Notes: generated by a model not told the origin, from the sequence alone. Counted from the stretch's first letter, positions 27,772-38,391 are shown. The stretch is DNA of 64,000 bases from an uncultured Candidatus Saccharibacteria bacterium (GCA_964496815.1 CAZCAO010000001.1:83198-147197), one strand, 5' to 3'. Numbers and translations: made by a program.

Positions 27772-29436
27772 ATGAAAAAAACAAAACAGACAAAGTATAT
27801 CTTTGTGACCGGGGGCGTGGTCTCTGGTCTCGGTAAAGGGATCACCGCAGCTTCGTTAGCCAAACTACTTAAGGCACGAGGCTTTTCTGTTTCTATGCAG
27901 AAGTGTGATCAGTATCTTAACGTCGATGCTGGAACGCTTAACCCAGCCGAGCATGGGGAGGTATTTGTGACTGCTGATGGCGCAGAGACAGACTTAGACC
28001 TGGGTCATTACGAGCGGTTTACGGGTATCGAAATGAGTAAGCTCAGCTCGATGATGAGTGGCGCCGTCTTTAGTAAGGTTTTTGCAGACGAACGCGCGGG
28101 TAAGTTTCTTGGCAAAACGGTACAAATGATCCCACACATCACAGGTGAAATTCAATCACAGATTGAGCGCGCTGGACGGGATAGCGATGTGCACTTCGTT
28201 GAGATAGGAGGAAGTATTGGGGACTATGAAGCTATGGCCTTTGTCGAGGCCATACGACAGTTTAAGAGGCGTGTTGGTGCAGAAAACACGCTCTATGTGC
28301 ATGTAGTGTTTGCACCGTATTTAGTGGCTTCAAATGAGCTTAAGACTAAACCAGCCCAAAATAGCGTGCGTGAACTTCGTGGGCTAGGCATTATGGCCGA
28401 TGTATTGTGTGTGCGCAGTGATCACGAGATTGGCGTGGAAGAAAAAGATAAGCTGAGTTTGTATTGTGATGTGGCGCCCGAAGCCATCGTGCCCCTCGTG
28501 ACGGCCAAGTCAGTTTATCAGGTTCCGCTCACTATGGAAGAATGCGGGATCGGAGATTATATCGTAGGGCGTCTTGGTTTGCCTGGGCGTAAGGCAGACC
28601 TTGATTCGTGGCGGGCTATGGTCGCACGAATCCAAAATACGCAATCGAGTGTAAAGATAGGCGTAGTTGCGAAGTACCTCAGCAACCTAGATACGTATGC
28701 CAGCGTATTCGAAGCTCTCAAGGCAGCTGGTTGGCACCATGGGCATAAGGTGGAGATTGAATGGATTAATGCAGAGGAATTGGAGGCTGACATAGCCCCC
28801 CTAAGAAATCTCGATGGCATATTGGTGCCTGGCGGGTTTGGTTCGCGTGGGGTTGAGGGAAAGATTCTGGCCGCCCAGTACGCACGCGAGAACAAGGTGC
28901 CATACTTAGGTTTATGTCTGGGTATGCAGGTGGCGGTGATTGAGTTTGCTCGTAATGTCGTTGGGCTTAGGTCGGCACATAGCACCGAGATGAATTCCAA
29001 AACGAAGCACCCGGTTATAGATATTATGCACGACCAAGTTGGTGTAAAACTCGGGGGTACGATGAGATTAGGGAACTATCAGGCAGTACTAAACCCACGC
29101 TCACGGAGTTATTTGGCGTATGGTTTGGCCGAAGTACATGAGAGGCACCGGCACCGTTATGAATTTAATAACAGTTATCGTAAGCAGCTCGAATCTGCCG
29201 GTATGATCATTGCCGCTGAGTCGCCAGACCGTAATCTAGTAGAGATCATTGAGGTCAAAGACCATCCATTTTTCATTGCCTCGCAGGCTCATCCTGAATT
29301 TAAGTCTCGACCAGATAGTCCACACCCACTTTTCAGAGATTTTATTGCCGCTGCTTGGAAGCAAAGTACTAGTCAACAGGAGGGTAGTGAGGGTATGATG
29401 AAGGTAGTAAGCCAGGAGGGACATGAAACAGCCTAA
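27772..29436 (+). CDS. pyrG: CTP synthase
   Basis: KYIFVTGGVVSGLGKGI at the N-terminus and the GLCLGMQ glutamine amidotransferase motif. Confidence 0.95.
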   Translation: MKKTKQTKYIFVTGGVVSGLGKGITAASLAKLLKARGFSVSMQKCDQYLNVDAGTLNPAEHGEVFVTADGAETDLDLGHYERFTGIEMSKLSSMMSGAVFSKVFADERAGKFLGKTVQMIPHITGEIQSQIERAGRDSDVHFVEIGGSIGDYEAMAFVEAIRQFKRRVGAENTLYVHVVFAPYLVASNELKTKPAQNSVRELRGLGIMADVLCVRSDHEIGVEEKDKLSLYCDVAPEAIVPLVTAKSVYQVPLTMEECGIGDYIVGRLGLPGRKADLDSWRAMVARIQNTQSSVKIGVVAKYLSNLDTYASVFEALKAAGWHHGHKVEIEWINAEELEADIAPLRNLDGILVPGGFGSRGVEGKILAAQYARENKVPYLGLCLGMQVAVIEFARNVVGLRSAHSTEMNSKTKHPVIDIMHDQVGVKLGGTMRLGNYQAVLNPRSRSYLAYGLAEVHERHRHRYEFNNSYRKQLESAGMIIAAESPDRNLVEIIEVKDHPFFIASQAHPEFKSRPDSPHPLFRDFIAAAWKQSTSQQEGSEGMMKVVSQEGHETA

Positions 29437-29797
29437 GATTCTACTTGTAGAGGACGATAAAGAGCTTGCTGAAGCATATAGAGTTCGATTCGATGCCGAA
29501 GGTTTTAGTACGCACTGGACGGAAAATGGTGAAGATGCTTTAGCTCAAACAATTTCGTTTAAACCCGATATCATCTTGCTCGACATCATGATGCCGCGAA
29601 TATCTGGTTTTGATGTTCTCGATATTTTACGCAATACTCCAGAAACAAAGAATATCAAAGTCGTTGTGATAAGTGCTTTGTCGCAGCCATCAGATATTGC
29701 CAAGGCTACCGAGCTTGGTGCTGATGAGTATATCGTTAAAGCACAGTCGACAATTGCCGATGTTGTTGTAAGGATTAAAGCCCACATCGACTCATAA
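29423..29797 (+). CDS. receiver-only (CheY-like) response regulator
   Basis: KILLVEDD ... DIILLDIMMP ... VVVISA ... K. 124 aa with no output domain. Overlaps the pyrG 3' end by 14 nt. Confidence 0.85.
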   Translation: MKQPKILLVEDDKELAEAYRVRFDAEGFSTHWTENGEDALAQTISFKPDIILLDIMMPRISGFDVLDILRNTPETKNIKVVVISALSQPSDIAKATELGADEYIVKAQSTIADVVVRIKAHIDS

Positions 29798-29803
29798 GTA
29801 GTA

Positions 29804-29832
29804 CATCCGCCCCAGTATGCCCGAGGCGGATG
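29804..29832. terminator. bidirectional hairpin between convergent genes
   Basis: catccgcc-(13 nt)-ggcggatg forms an 8-bp stem between the response regulator (+) and the NUDIX gene (-). Confidence 0.55.
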
Positions 29833-29834
29833 CT

Positions 29835-30245
29835 TTAGAGAAATGCAGAGAGTGGCCTGTCGGCTGGCTCGAGCTGGACTTTGTGCTTGATCTGTTCTAC
29901 GGAGAAGTAGCGAGCTTCGGTTGAACCGTCGCCGAGAACAAATTTCGCATCAGGATCGACGCTGACCTCATAGCAGACTGCTAAGCACCATACTCCATAC
30001 TTTGTATTGAGGGCGCTGAAGCTAAAGCAGGGCTGGCTGGAGATGGCTTTTGTTTCAATACCGAGCTCTTCCGCTACCTCCCTACGGACTGCATCATAGA
30101 GGTCTTCGCCATGTTCTAACCCACCACCAGGAATACTCCAGAGATCCGACCTTTCTTTCACGAGGAGAACCTCGTTTTGCTGGTTACGAATAATCGCTTT
30201 GGCTGCTACCCGATAAAATGGGCTGGGAAACTTAACATCAGTCAT
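29835..30245 (-). CDS. NUDIX hydrolase
   Basis: Nudix box GGGLEHGEDLYDAVRREVAEELG. Confidence 0.88.
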   Translation of the reverse strand: MTDVKFPSPFYRVAAKAIIRNQQNEVLLVKERSDLWSIPGGGLEHGEDLYDAVRREVAEELGIETKAISSQPCFSFSALNTKYGVWCLAVCYEVSVDPDAKFVLGDGSTEARYFSVEQIKHKVQLEPADRPLSAFL

Positions 30246-30318
30246 GGCTGGATTTTATCATATCTAATCTAAACAAAAAACCGCCTTAAGGGCGGCTTTA
30301 TACCAGATAGCTAAACGC

Positions 30319-30597
30319 TTATTGTGCTTTGACGTGCACGAGGGTTTTACGCTGTGCTCGGCCGCTAAAGAGGGTTTTGCGTGCCTGTGTGAACTCAATC
30401 TTGCCCGGAGTAGTAGCGAAGATCGTGTAATCTTTGCCCATACGGGTGTTTTCACCAGCACCATACTTGGTGCCACGTTGGCGAATGATAATATTACCGG
30501 CTTTTACTTCTTGACCACCAAAAAGTTTTACGCCGAGTCGTTTGGATTGGGAATCGCGACCGTTTTTTGTAGAGCCGCCGGCTTTTGTCTTTGACAT
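30319..30597 (-). CDS. rpmA: 50S ribosomal protein L27
   Basis: [20 protein letters not shown] bL27 N-terminus. A hairpin aaaaccgccc-ttaa-gggcggcttt lies downstream at about 30275-30300. Confidence 0.93.
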   Translation of the reverse strand: MSKTKAGGSTKNGRDSQSKRLGVKLFGGQEVKAGNIIIRQRGTKYGAGENTRMGKDYTIFATTPGKIEFTQARKTLFSGRAQRKTLVHVKAQ

Positions 30598-30606
30598 ATC
30601 GTTATC

Positions 30607-31761
30607 TCACTTAGCTATTAATACTGCTATCTCGCGGCCAACAAATTGATTTTCTCTGCGATAAACCAAACTGTCATGCCCGCTACACTGTTCAAAAGTA
30701 TACCCTAATTGAGTGATTTGGTCAATAACTGGCAGGTGTAAAAGTCCGCTGCTTGTTTGCCACGTAGGGAAGCTGATCACGAGCCGCTGTTTTGGCTTGA
30801 GCAGTGTACGCAAATGTCGTAAGTAGAGCTGATAGAGGGAGTTAGTAGGTGTCACAATCGCGTCCTTCTGGTTACTCCGTATGGGGGCATGAATCGGCGT
30901 ACCGAGAAAGCCTTCGGTTACAATTGTCGCATTCGCGGGCAGTTCGGCAAGCGTCGTGGCATCTGCCTGCCAGACCTTATAATCTGTCTGTAAGGGATAG
31001 TTATTTGCCAACCAGTCAAGGTTTCGCTGGCTGGCGCTAACCATTGCGTCGCTTACATCGCTACCAAATGCGTCGTGCCCCATGAGCAACGCCTCTTGCA
31101 AGATAACTCCGTTGCCGCAAAAGGGGTCGTAAACAGCCTGATCACATTTAAGTTGGGCTAGGTTGAGCATAATTTGTGCTAACTTTGGCGGCAACATACC
31201 GACTTTGCTGTCACGTACCGGCCTATCCCAGTCACGTTTGCTATAGCTGTCTATATCTTGGTAGGCGTAGGTTTGGGCGATATAGAGCGATTTGCCACTG
31301 AGGTACAAAACAATTTCGACGCCTTTGGTGGTGAGCTGGTTGTATTTGAGCTGGGCTGCAGATAGGGCTGAGCCTGTCTTTGGCTGGATGTAGCGAGCCG
31401 ATCTACCTTGCTGAGTAAGCAGTTTTTTCACCTTTACGCCAACCATGCGGAGTTCACGAGGGCCTATAAAGCCCTTGCCGTAGCCGCTGAGCGCAAAGCT
31501 GATTTTGCTACCCGTGGCGGCCTGTGGTGAAGCGAGCAGTAGGGCGGAAAGCTGATTCGCAAGCTCATCATGGTTCTTACTTCCCTCGTTTGTTTCAAGG
31601 ACGGTAGCCAATTTAATGCTACCGCCGAGACGGACAATATCTGGCTTTTCATCATCAATGAGCATAGCCGATGGTGCCAAGAACGTCGTTTGCTTGAACT
31701 GCGCCTCTAATTCTGCTCGACAGAGGAGGAGTTCGCGCCCTAAAATCGCCAATGTTTTCAT
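30607..31761 (-). CDS. SAM-dependent RNA/DNA methyltransferase (UPF0020/Trm11-like)
   Basis: DPFCGNGVILQEA SAM-binding motif after an N-terminal THUMP-like region. 384 aa. Confidence 0.6.
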   Translation of the reverse strand: MKTLAILGRELLLCRAELEAQFKQTTFLAPSAMLIDDEKPDIVRLGGSIKLATVLETNEGSKNHDELANQLSALLLASPQAATGSKISFALSGYGKGFIGPRELRMVGVKVKKLLTQQGRSARYIQPKTGSALSAAQLKYNQLTTKGVEIVLYLSGKSLYIAQTYAYQDIDSYSKRDWDRPVRDSKVGMLPPKLAQIMLNLAQLKCDQAVYDPFCGNGVILQEALLMGHDAFGSDVSDAMVSASQRNLDWLANNYPLQTDYKVWQADATTLAELPANATIVTEGFLGTPIHAPIRSNQKDAIVTPTNSLYQLYLRHLRTLLKPKQRLVISFPTWQTSSGLLHLPVIDQITQLGYTFEQCSGHDSLVYRRENQFVGREIAVLIAK

Positions 31762-31817
31762 ATGCTTAAGTATACGCTACTTTAGTAGTTACGTCAGAGT
31801 AGGGTACAATAAGATCT

Positions 31818-32822
31818 ATGAAGGGACGCTATCGATATATCTTTTTTCTCCTAGGCATACTTGGGGTCGGCTACATTGCGCTCAATAACACGGATAAATT
31901 TAGTCAGTTTATTGCGACCCTGCGTGATGTTAACCTCTGGGTGTTGTTGCTCATACTACCAATTCGCTACCTGAGTTATTACAGTAACACCCGCTACTTC
32001 GTGAGTTTTTTGAAAATGTTCGGACACCGAGTTGGCGAACAAAAACTCTTCCGTAGTGTGGTGACAATGAACTTTGTAAATACAGTGTTTCCTACTGGGG
32101 GGATCTCTGGGGTTTCGTATATTGCCAATGCACTCAAACCAAAAGTCGATAGCCATACCACGGCTATTGCTCAAGTATTTTGGCAGGCCTTTACCATTGC
32201 GGGCTACTTCATATTTTTAGTAATAGCTTTTTTAAGTCTGTTTATTACTTCATCAACCGACCGGATTGGATCGAAGGTAATACTGCTTTTCATCCTGGCG
32301 GTGCTTGGACTAGGTATTGCTGCTTCAGTTGTGTTGTTTCAGCGCAATACGACCGAAAGGCTCATGTACTGGGCGACACGGCCTATAAATGCTGTGTTGC
32401 ACGTCATCAAGCGTGATGCCCTCAGTCGAGAGAGATTACAGAGGTTCTTTGATGACTTTTATGGCTCGATATCGCACATGAGAGCGAATAGAGGAAGTGT
32501 GTTAAAGCCAATAATGTGGACATTCGCCGGATTATTTTTTGAGGTTGCATCCGTATACATCGTATTCGTCGCATTTGGGCAGTTCGTAAATCCTGGGGTT
32601 GTTATAGCAGGATATAGCTTGGCACTTCTGTTCTCTATGGCTTCGTTTTTCACCGCAGGCGTAGGCGTGTACGAAGCTACCATGGTGGCAACCTTTGTAG
32701 CCTTGGGTCAGCCATTGGGATTAAGCCTGTCTGTTACGTTGGTCTATCGCACCATTGCTTTGTGGCTCTTCTTGCCTGTTGGCCTGTACTTTTATAAGCG
32801 AGAAACTATCGATGGAGCATGA
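31818..32822 (+). CDS. polytopic membrane protein, flippase-like (UPF0104 / LPG-synthase TM type)
   Basis: About 8 predicted TM segments. The family call is from memory of the architecture only. Confidence 0.5.
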   Translation: MKGRYRYIFFLLGILGVGYIALNNTDKFSQFIATLRDVNLWVLLLILPIRYLSYYSNTRYFVSFLKMFGHRVGEQKLFRSVVTMNFVNTVFPTGGISGVSYIANALKPKVDSHTTAIAQVFWQAFTIAGYFIFLVIAFLSLFITSSTDRIGSKVILLFILAVLGLGIAASVVLFQRNTTERLMYWATRPINAVLHVIKRDALSRERLQRFFDDFYGSISHMRANRGSVLKPIMWTFAGLFFEVASVYIVFVAFGQFVNPGVVIAGYSLALLFSMASFFTAGVGVYEATMVATFVALGQPLGLSLSVTLVYRTIALWLFLPVGLYFYKRETIDGA

Positions 32823-33975
32823 AGTCCTTAGCGTTTCCGAACTAAACGCCTTTATTAACCAAACCCTACAGTTTGCTTATCCGCTGGTGGTTGTTGAGGG
32901 TGAAGTGAGTAGCTTTAAGGTCAACCAGGGTAAGTGGGTGTTTTTTGATCTCAAAGATGAAGAATCTACAATTGGCTGCTTTATGCCCATCTACCAATTA
33001 AAGGTCCAGCTTCAGGACGGTATGAAGATTCGAGCAGTCTCATCGCCAAACCTGACAAAATGGGGCAAATTCAGTCTGACGGTTCGTGCGGTAGAGTTGG
33101 CCGGTGAAGGGCCGGTTAAAAAGGCCTTTGAGCTCCTTAAGGCCAAGCTCGATGCTGAAGGTTTATTCGCTCAGGAACGCAAAAGGCCCTTGCCAGCCTT
33201 TCCGAAGAAGATAGGCCTTATTACCTCACGTCAGGCGGCGGCCTATAATGACTTCCTGACGATTTTGCAGGATCGATGGGCAGGGGTTGAAATTGATCAG
33301 GCTCAGGTACAAGTACAAGGGGCAGATGCTCCGGCACAAATTGTGCGGGCTATTGAATACTTTAATCAACGTGCTGAACACTATGATGTTGTGGTTATTA
33401 TTCGTGGCGGAGGTAGTGCGGAGGACTTACAATCCTTTAATGCCGAAAATGTCGTGCGTGCGGTTTATGCCTGTAAAATACCAACCATTGTCGGGATTGG
33501 TCATGAGGACGACATTAGCTTGGCGGAGCTTGTTGCTGATCTCAGAGCGGCTACGCCAACTGATGCAGCTCGTCTGGTTGTGCCAGATAAGAAAGATATG
33601 ATCGCAAGCTTGGATTTTCGAATCGAGAAGGCCTCCGAGAACATAGTTGGCAGGATTCAAGGAGCTAAGCGTGCCGTTGAACAAATGAATAACAGCTTTT
33701 TACAGTTGCTACAAAACACTTCGCGCCATATCTATGACTGCGCGAGCCGCATGACCTATGGGGTTGAGAAAAACATGCATCATGCCCGCCAGCTGATTGA
33801 CGCACATGCGCGAACCGTTGCAAGCCTTGACCCGCGCGTGATCCTAAGTCGAGGCTACAGCATTGCCACACTTAATGGCAATGTCCTTAAACGCGCGCAA
33901 GATGTGGGTCCTCAGGATACAGTCATGCTACAATTGCACGAAGGAGCGTTATTAGTAAGGAGTAAAAATGACTAA
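32812..33975 (+). CDS. xseA: exodeoxyribonuclease VII large subunit
   Basis: ATG 32812 (MEHEVLSVSELNAFINQTL), OB-fold N-terminus, IIRGGGSAEDL motif. Followed by xseB. Confidence 0.88.
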   Translation: MEHEVLSVSELNAFINQTLQFAYPLVVVEGEVSSFKVNQGKWVFFDLKDEESTIGCFMPIYQLKVQLQDGMKIRAVSSPNLTKWGKFSLTVRAVELAGEGPVKKAFELLKAKLDAEGLFAQERKRPLPAFPKKIGLITSRQAAAYNDFLTILQDRWAGVEIDQAQVQVQGADAPAQIVRAIEYFNQRAEHYDVVVIIRGGGSAEDLQSFNAENVVRAVYACKIPTIVGIGHEDDISLAELVADLRAATPTDAARLVVPDKKDMIASLDFRIEKASENIVGRIQGAKRAVEQMNNSFLQLLQNTSRHIYDCASRMTYGVEKNMHHARQLIDAHARTVASLDPRVILSRGYSIATLNGNVLKRAQDVGPQDTVMLQLHEGALLVRSKND

Positions 33976-34189
33976 AACCGATGAGACTCGCAAGCAGGAA
34001 GATTTTGACTTCGCCGCTTCTATGAAGGAACTTGAAGAGATAACAACATATCTAGAACAAGCTGACGTGGATTTGAATGAAGCAATTGCACGTTTTGAGC
34101 GTGGTTCAAAGTTGGCTCAACAGCTCAAGGATTACCTTACTGAAGCCGAGAACACAGTCCAGCAACTGAAACAAGATTTTAGCAAGTAG
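33968..34189 (+). CDS. xseB: exodeoxyribonuclease VII small subunit
   Basis: 73 aa. FAASMKELEEITTYLEQADVDLNEAIARFERGSKL is typical of XseB. Overlaps the xseA stop. Confidence 0.88.
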   Translation: MTKTDETRKQEDFDFAASMKELEEITTYLEQADVDLNEAIARFERGSKLAQQLKDYLTEAENTVQQLKQDFSK

Positions 34190-34223
34190 CGACATAGACA
34201 ATCACAGCTAAATGTGGTAGAGT

Positions 34224-34640
34224 ATGGTTATGTATTCCAATATACCAGACTATTTTATTGCCCTTATGAAACAGAAAGCCGGCTTACTTAATGACCAGCA
34301 GACGGCAAGGGTAGTGCGCGCTATCAGTCAGGCTCTTAATACAAGCTTGACGCCCGCGCAGGCAAATAAGTTTTTTGCGGCCACACCGGCGTACCTACGT
34401 CCTTCAAAGCAGAGCTTTTTTACTTCAATTGGCAATTGGCAAAAACCAGTGAGTAACAAGTCAGTTTTTGAGCAATTATTGGCACGTTTGCAGTTAACAG
34501 ACCCGCATGAGGCCGAGGTTCTGCTCGGGGCGTACTTTGGAGCGATCCGCACGATCGTTGCCAGGGACGTCGATTTGAAGATCAGCTTGGTTTTACCTAA
34601 AGATCTCGGTCGTTTCTACGTGCAAGCGCCGAGGGGGTAA
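34224..34640 (+). CDS. hypothetical protein
   Basis: 138-aa ORF in an operon-like position. No motif I can name with confidence. Confidence 0.5.
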   Translation: MVMYSNIPDYFIALMKQKAGLLNDQQTARVVRAISQALNTSLTPAQANKFFAATPAYLRPSKQSFFTSIGNWQKPVSNKSVFEQLLARLQLTDPHEAEVLLGAYFGAIRTIVARDVDLKISLVLPKDLGRFYVQAPRG

Positions 34641-35530
34641 TGGATAAAATCGAGCTGATTCATCAGCACGACGTGCTTATTTATCCAGAGGTTCTGTTTA
34701 ATCGTCCAATCTCTGGTTTGAATCGCCTGCATATCATGCTCATCGGCGGTGATGTTGCGCAACTCAACACACTGAATCAAGCCTATACGGCGCTTTTGGC
34801 ACTTGGGCTTTCCCCCGAGTGTATAGCACTCGACAACCCAACCGTGAACGAGTATCTCCCTATCGACACGCTAAAACTCCACGTTGATAAGAAAACTCAG
34901 GTAATTGTTGAGACCGCATCTGTTATCGATATGGCTCAGCGAGCGAATCTAGCCGTTTTGTGTCCTGGCGGTCATATGAACAGTAGCGTTCAGATCTTGT
35001 GTGAAAAAGTCCTGACCGAGTGTAGCGTTCCGGTTATTATTACTGATGAAGCTCTCCCGCTTTATGACAACTTGCCCACTACCATACTCTCAAGACAAAA
35101 CACCATGTTTGCCTTGAGTCTTGGCGGGTTGAAACGGCTGGAGCGTTCTCTTGGCATCCATATCTCTGACCGACCTAGCCGCGGGATTTATAACATTTTG
35201 GCACACATCGCCGCCCTGCAAAAAGTCGTGGCAGCACGCTTTATTTGCTACGACGATGACTTGATTGTTGTGAGCGATATGACTGAAGTGTCCTCGCGCT
35301 ATGGGGTTATACATTTGGATGGTGCCAATGCATTATCAAGCCCAGGTCTGTTTATAGGGCTGCTGGCTGGTTTACTAGCACAAATGCAACCTGGCTTTAA
35401 TCAAGCCATCCAAAAGGTCATTACGAGCGGGTATTTGTTGCGCAAAATCCTGCATGCGCAACAGGCTGACGATCAATCCCGCTCTGTCGACCAACTAATC
35501 ACATCGACCGTTCAGGCTGAGCTCGCGTAG
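34640..35530 (+). CDS. hypothetical protein, distantly YjeF-C / carbohydrate-kinase-like
   Basis: 296 aa. C-terminal SSPGLFIGLLAGLLAQ resembles the GxGDxLxGxIxxLLAQ region of NAD(P)HX dehydratases, but the motif is degenerate. Confidence 0.45.
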   Translation: MDKIELIHQHDVLIYPEVLFNRPISGLNRLHIMLIGGDVAQLNTLNQAYTALLALGLSPECIALDNPTVNEYLPIDTLKLHVDKKTQVIVETASVIDMAQRANLAVLCPGGHMNSSVQILCEKVLTECSVPVIITDEALPLYDNLPTTILSRQNTMFALSLGGLKRLERSLGIHISDRPSRGIYNILAHIAALQKVVAARFICYDDDLIVVSDMTEVSSRYGVIHLDGANALSSPGLFIGLLAGLLAQMQPGFNQAIQKVITSGYLLRKILHAQQADDQSRSVDQLITSTVQAELA

Positions 35531-35572
35531 GCTCACCAAGCACCTGTATGTAAAATCGAAAAAAATGAATTC

Positions 35573-35657
35573 TGGTGCCAGAGGTGGGACTCGAACCCAC
35601 AAGCCTTGCGGCACACGATTTTGAGTCGTGCGTGTATACCAATTCCACCACTCTGGC
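35573..35657 (-). tRNA. tRNA-Leu (anticodon CAA), CCA encoded
   Basis: Reverse complement GCCAGAG..CACGA-CTCAAAA-TCGTG..long variable arm GCC-GCAA-GGC..GTGGG-TTCGAGT-CCCAC..CTCTGGC-A-CCA. Confidence 0.93.
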
Positions 35658-35725
35658 AAAGTACTTCATAATGTTCGCCATTCATAAAGCCTCTGTATTA
35701 TAATGGATGAGTACAAATATTGTCT

Positions 35726-36880
35726 ATGACTGAACAGAAGCCCAACTATACTCTTAGCATCGAAGAACTGACCCAGGGTCAGTCTGTTTCAGTTCCTAAT
35801 AATACCGCCAACCCTCACCAGCCACAATCTGATTATGCTCAGGGTGTGTCGAATGAGGCACAGACCGACGCTTTGGCTAGTCAAATTCAGCCGGGCCTAC
35901 CAACATATATCAATCAGCCTAACGCTTCGCAAGCGCCGACTAGCCCAAGTAATACAAGTATGGCAGCGAGCAAGCCGGCTGAGCCAATGAATATACAGGC
36001 TCCAGCGAGCGCAGTGGGCAGGATCGGTCAAGTGGCTCAGAAACATCGACACAAACTTCGTCCTATTAGCTATAGTGTCGGTGCATTCTTACTATTTATC
36101 GTATTATTTAACTTTCAGCTTATCGCCCAGCAGATCGGGTATTTTCTAAACCCACCAAAACCGGCGGCTAACTTGGCTCTGCAGGATCCGAATGCAATTA
36201 CGTCGAATGCAAGTATTGTTCCTCCTGAGAGTCTTATTATCATCCCCAAGATTAATGTCAGCGCCCCAATTGTATATGCTGACTCGGTGGCTGAAGACGA
36301 AGTCATGAAGGATCTCGAGAGCGGTGTGGTCCACTACGCCAACACCGCAAAGCCTGGCGAGAATGGTAACGCAGTGATCTTCGGGCATTCATCAAACGAT
36401 TGGTGGGAGTCTGGAAACTATAAGTTTGTGTTTGCCCTACTAGGTAAACTTGAAGTAGGCGACCAAGTCCAGGTGAATTATTCATCACGTAAGTACGTGT
36501 ATGAAGTAACTGAAAAAAAGGTTGTTCAGCCGTCTGAAGTATCGGTTCTTAACCAAACACCAAGCCCAATCTTGACACTTATTACCTGTACGCCCCCAGG
36601 AACTTCATGGCAGCGATTGATTGTTGTTGCTAAGCAGATTCAACCACGACCAACTACGACGCCTATCGATCAGGTCGCAGCTGCGCAAAAGCCAGCCAAT
36701 CAGGATGTCGCCACCACGACAAAGGCAGCTTCTTTGCCGAGTAATGCACCCAGTCTTGGAGATCAGCTAACAAGTATATGGAGTGATGTGGTAGCATTCT
36801 TTACACCAAAGCCTAAAGACACTCAGCCCGACGTTCAGAATCAGCCAGGTAGTCAACCACGATTACCTGACGTGAGCTAG
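35726..36880 (+). CDS. sortase (transpeptidase) with long low-complexity N- and C-terminal extensions
   Basis: TM segment, AVIFGHSS (catalytic His), TLITCTPPG (TLxTC Cys), downstream R (WQRLIVVA). Confidence 0.85.
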   Translation: MTEQKPNYTLSIEELTQGQSVSVPNNTANPHQPQSDYAQGVSNEAQTDALASQIQPGLPTYINQPNASQAPTSPSNTSMAASKPAEPMNIQAPASAVGRIGQVAQKHRHKLRPISYSVGAFLLFIVLFNFQLIAQQIGYFLNPPKPAANLALQDPNAITSNASIVPPESLIIIPKINVSAPIVYADSVAEDEVMKDLESGVVHYANTAKPGENGNAVIFGHSSNDWWESGNYKFVFALLGKLEVGDQVQVNYSSRKYVYEVTEKKVVQPSEVSVLNQTPSPILTLITCTPPGTSWQRLIVVAKQIQPRPTTTPIDQVAAAQKPANQDVATTTKAASLPSNAPSLGDQLTSIWSDVVAFFTPKPKDTQPDVQNQPGSQPRLPDVS

Positions 36881-36904
36881 AGAGATAAAGACATCTGATT
36901 AGAA

Positions 36905-38353
36905 TTAGTTCTGGGTAAGTTTAACTTGTTTAAACGAGCCGGCGTTCGTATAGAAAATAATGTCGTCAGCAGGCTTAAAGGCACTAAAGCTGACTACATC
37001 GCCGCGGTCACTAATGATCTGGTCGTTTTGTCCGTCATAATCAATCAATCGCAATTGACCGTTAGCCGTGACAATGATGTGGTTATCGTCGTACCAGGAC
37101 CAGGCCTGCAAGTTAACTAGACTGACGCCAAAATCAAACCGCTCGGCCTGCTCGAGATCATAGGCTTTGAGTTTGTCGGCTGCATTATATAGGATTCTTT
37201 GCCCGTTATTACTGATCGTAAACGAACTCGCGGACTTCGAAAGAACTCCGGTCAACGGCTTATCACTCATCGGTTCGCGGATAATCACAAGCTCCTTAGT
37301 CGTGGAGGTAAGAAGAGCTAAGTAGTCACCGGTACGATCGCGCTCGGCCACGATGGTATAGGCTTGATCTTGGGGGATAATAACAGGACGCTGTGTTTTT
37401 TCTCCGTTTGAACCATTGATGCGCCAGATTGTGTTCTTGGCCAGCCCAGCACTAGGGCCAAGGACGGCATAAATATTATTACCATCAGGGGTCATGCCGA
37501 GGACGTTTTGAGCTAGCACCGGCCCAAGTGTTTGTGTGCCAATATCAATTTTTCGCAACGTCTTGTCGGTGCTGAGCCAATAGACCTCATTACTATTGGA
37601 GGGATTAAAACTAAACACCCCGCCATTAATTTGTAGATTCGTCGTAAGATTAAGTGATGTGTCTTTGCCGGATAATACAATTTGTTGGGTTACGTCATTA
37701 GCGTTCTGTGTAAAAATGAGTTTTGAACCATCCGCATTGGCCTGCAGGTTGCTTATGGTGACTTGGCCGCTATTAAGCGGTGGGGCATAAAGTCGTGTTG
37801 GCGTGTCGGAATCATTAAGCTGCCAGACCGCCACTTCTGGTTTAGTAGTAATGGCAAATGAGCGTCGTTTGTTTCCTGACTGTACGATTTGAGAAAAGTT
37901 AAACTCGGGTAGGAGGCTTTTGTAGCTTAGCTTTTGTGGGAGGAGTAGGGCATAATTAGCAAAACTTACTTGGCGAGCTGCTACGGTTAATGTTTTCTTC
38001 CAAACTCTGAATTCTGGTCGGACAAGTTCAATGTTCATACTCCCGAGAGGTGCGTTGGTGAGACGATAGGGTGCAGTATTTTTGTTTCTTTTGCCATTTA
38101 TGTAAATATCTGCCCCACTGGGGGTCGAATCAATCAGGACCAGTCCAGACTCCTTAATCTGTCCCGTTAGAAAATCGTACCGGTAACCCTGGGCAAATGA
38201 AACTAAAAATATACTACCCAAGACCATCGCGAGGATGGCAAAGATATAGGTGATGGCTTTTTGCGTTTGCTTCGATATCATTAGATTGTCTAAATTATAG
38301 TCCGAATAGTTGGTTTTGTTAACATGAATACTATATTGGTGTGGGTCGAGCAA
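36905..38353 (-). CDS. membrane-anchored PEGA-domain protein with beta-propeller-like C-terminal region
   Basis: TM segment, then LIDSTPSGADIYINGKRNKNTAPYRL...LVRPEFRVW (PEGA-like). Start is ambiguous (38353 or ATG 38281). Confidence 0.65.
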   Translation of the reverse strand: MLDPHQYSIHVNKTNYSDYNLDNLMISKQTQKAITYIFAILAMVLGSIFLVSFAQGYRYDFLTGQIKESGLVLIDSTPSGADIYINGKRNKNTAPYRLTNAPLGSMNIELVRPEFRVWKKTLTVAARQVSFANYALLLPQKLSYKSLLPEFNFSQIVQSGNKRRSFAITTKPEVAVWQLNDSDTPTRLYAPPLNSGQVTISNLQANADGSKLIFTQNANDVTQQIVLSGKDTSLNLTTNLQINGGVFSFNPSNSNEVYWLSTDKTLRKIDIGTQTLGPVLAQNVLGMTPDGNNIYAVLGPSAGLAKNTIWRINGSNGEKTQRPVIIPQDQAYTIVAERDRTGDYLALLTSTTKELVIIREPMSDKPLTGVLSKSASSFTISNNGQRILYNAADKLKAYDLEQAERFDFGVSLVNLQAWSWYDDNHIIVTANGQLRLIDYDGQNDQIISDRGDVVSFSAFKPADDIIFYTNAGSFKQVKLTQN

Positions 38354-38391
38354 GCTTGATACAATGGCTTAACATCAAATTGGGAGATAAT

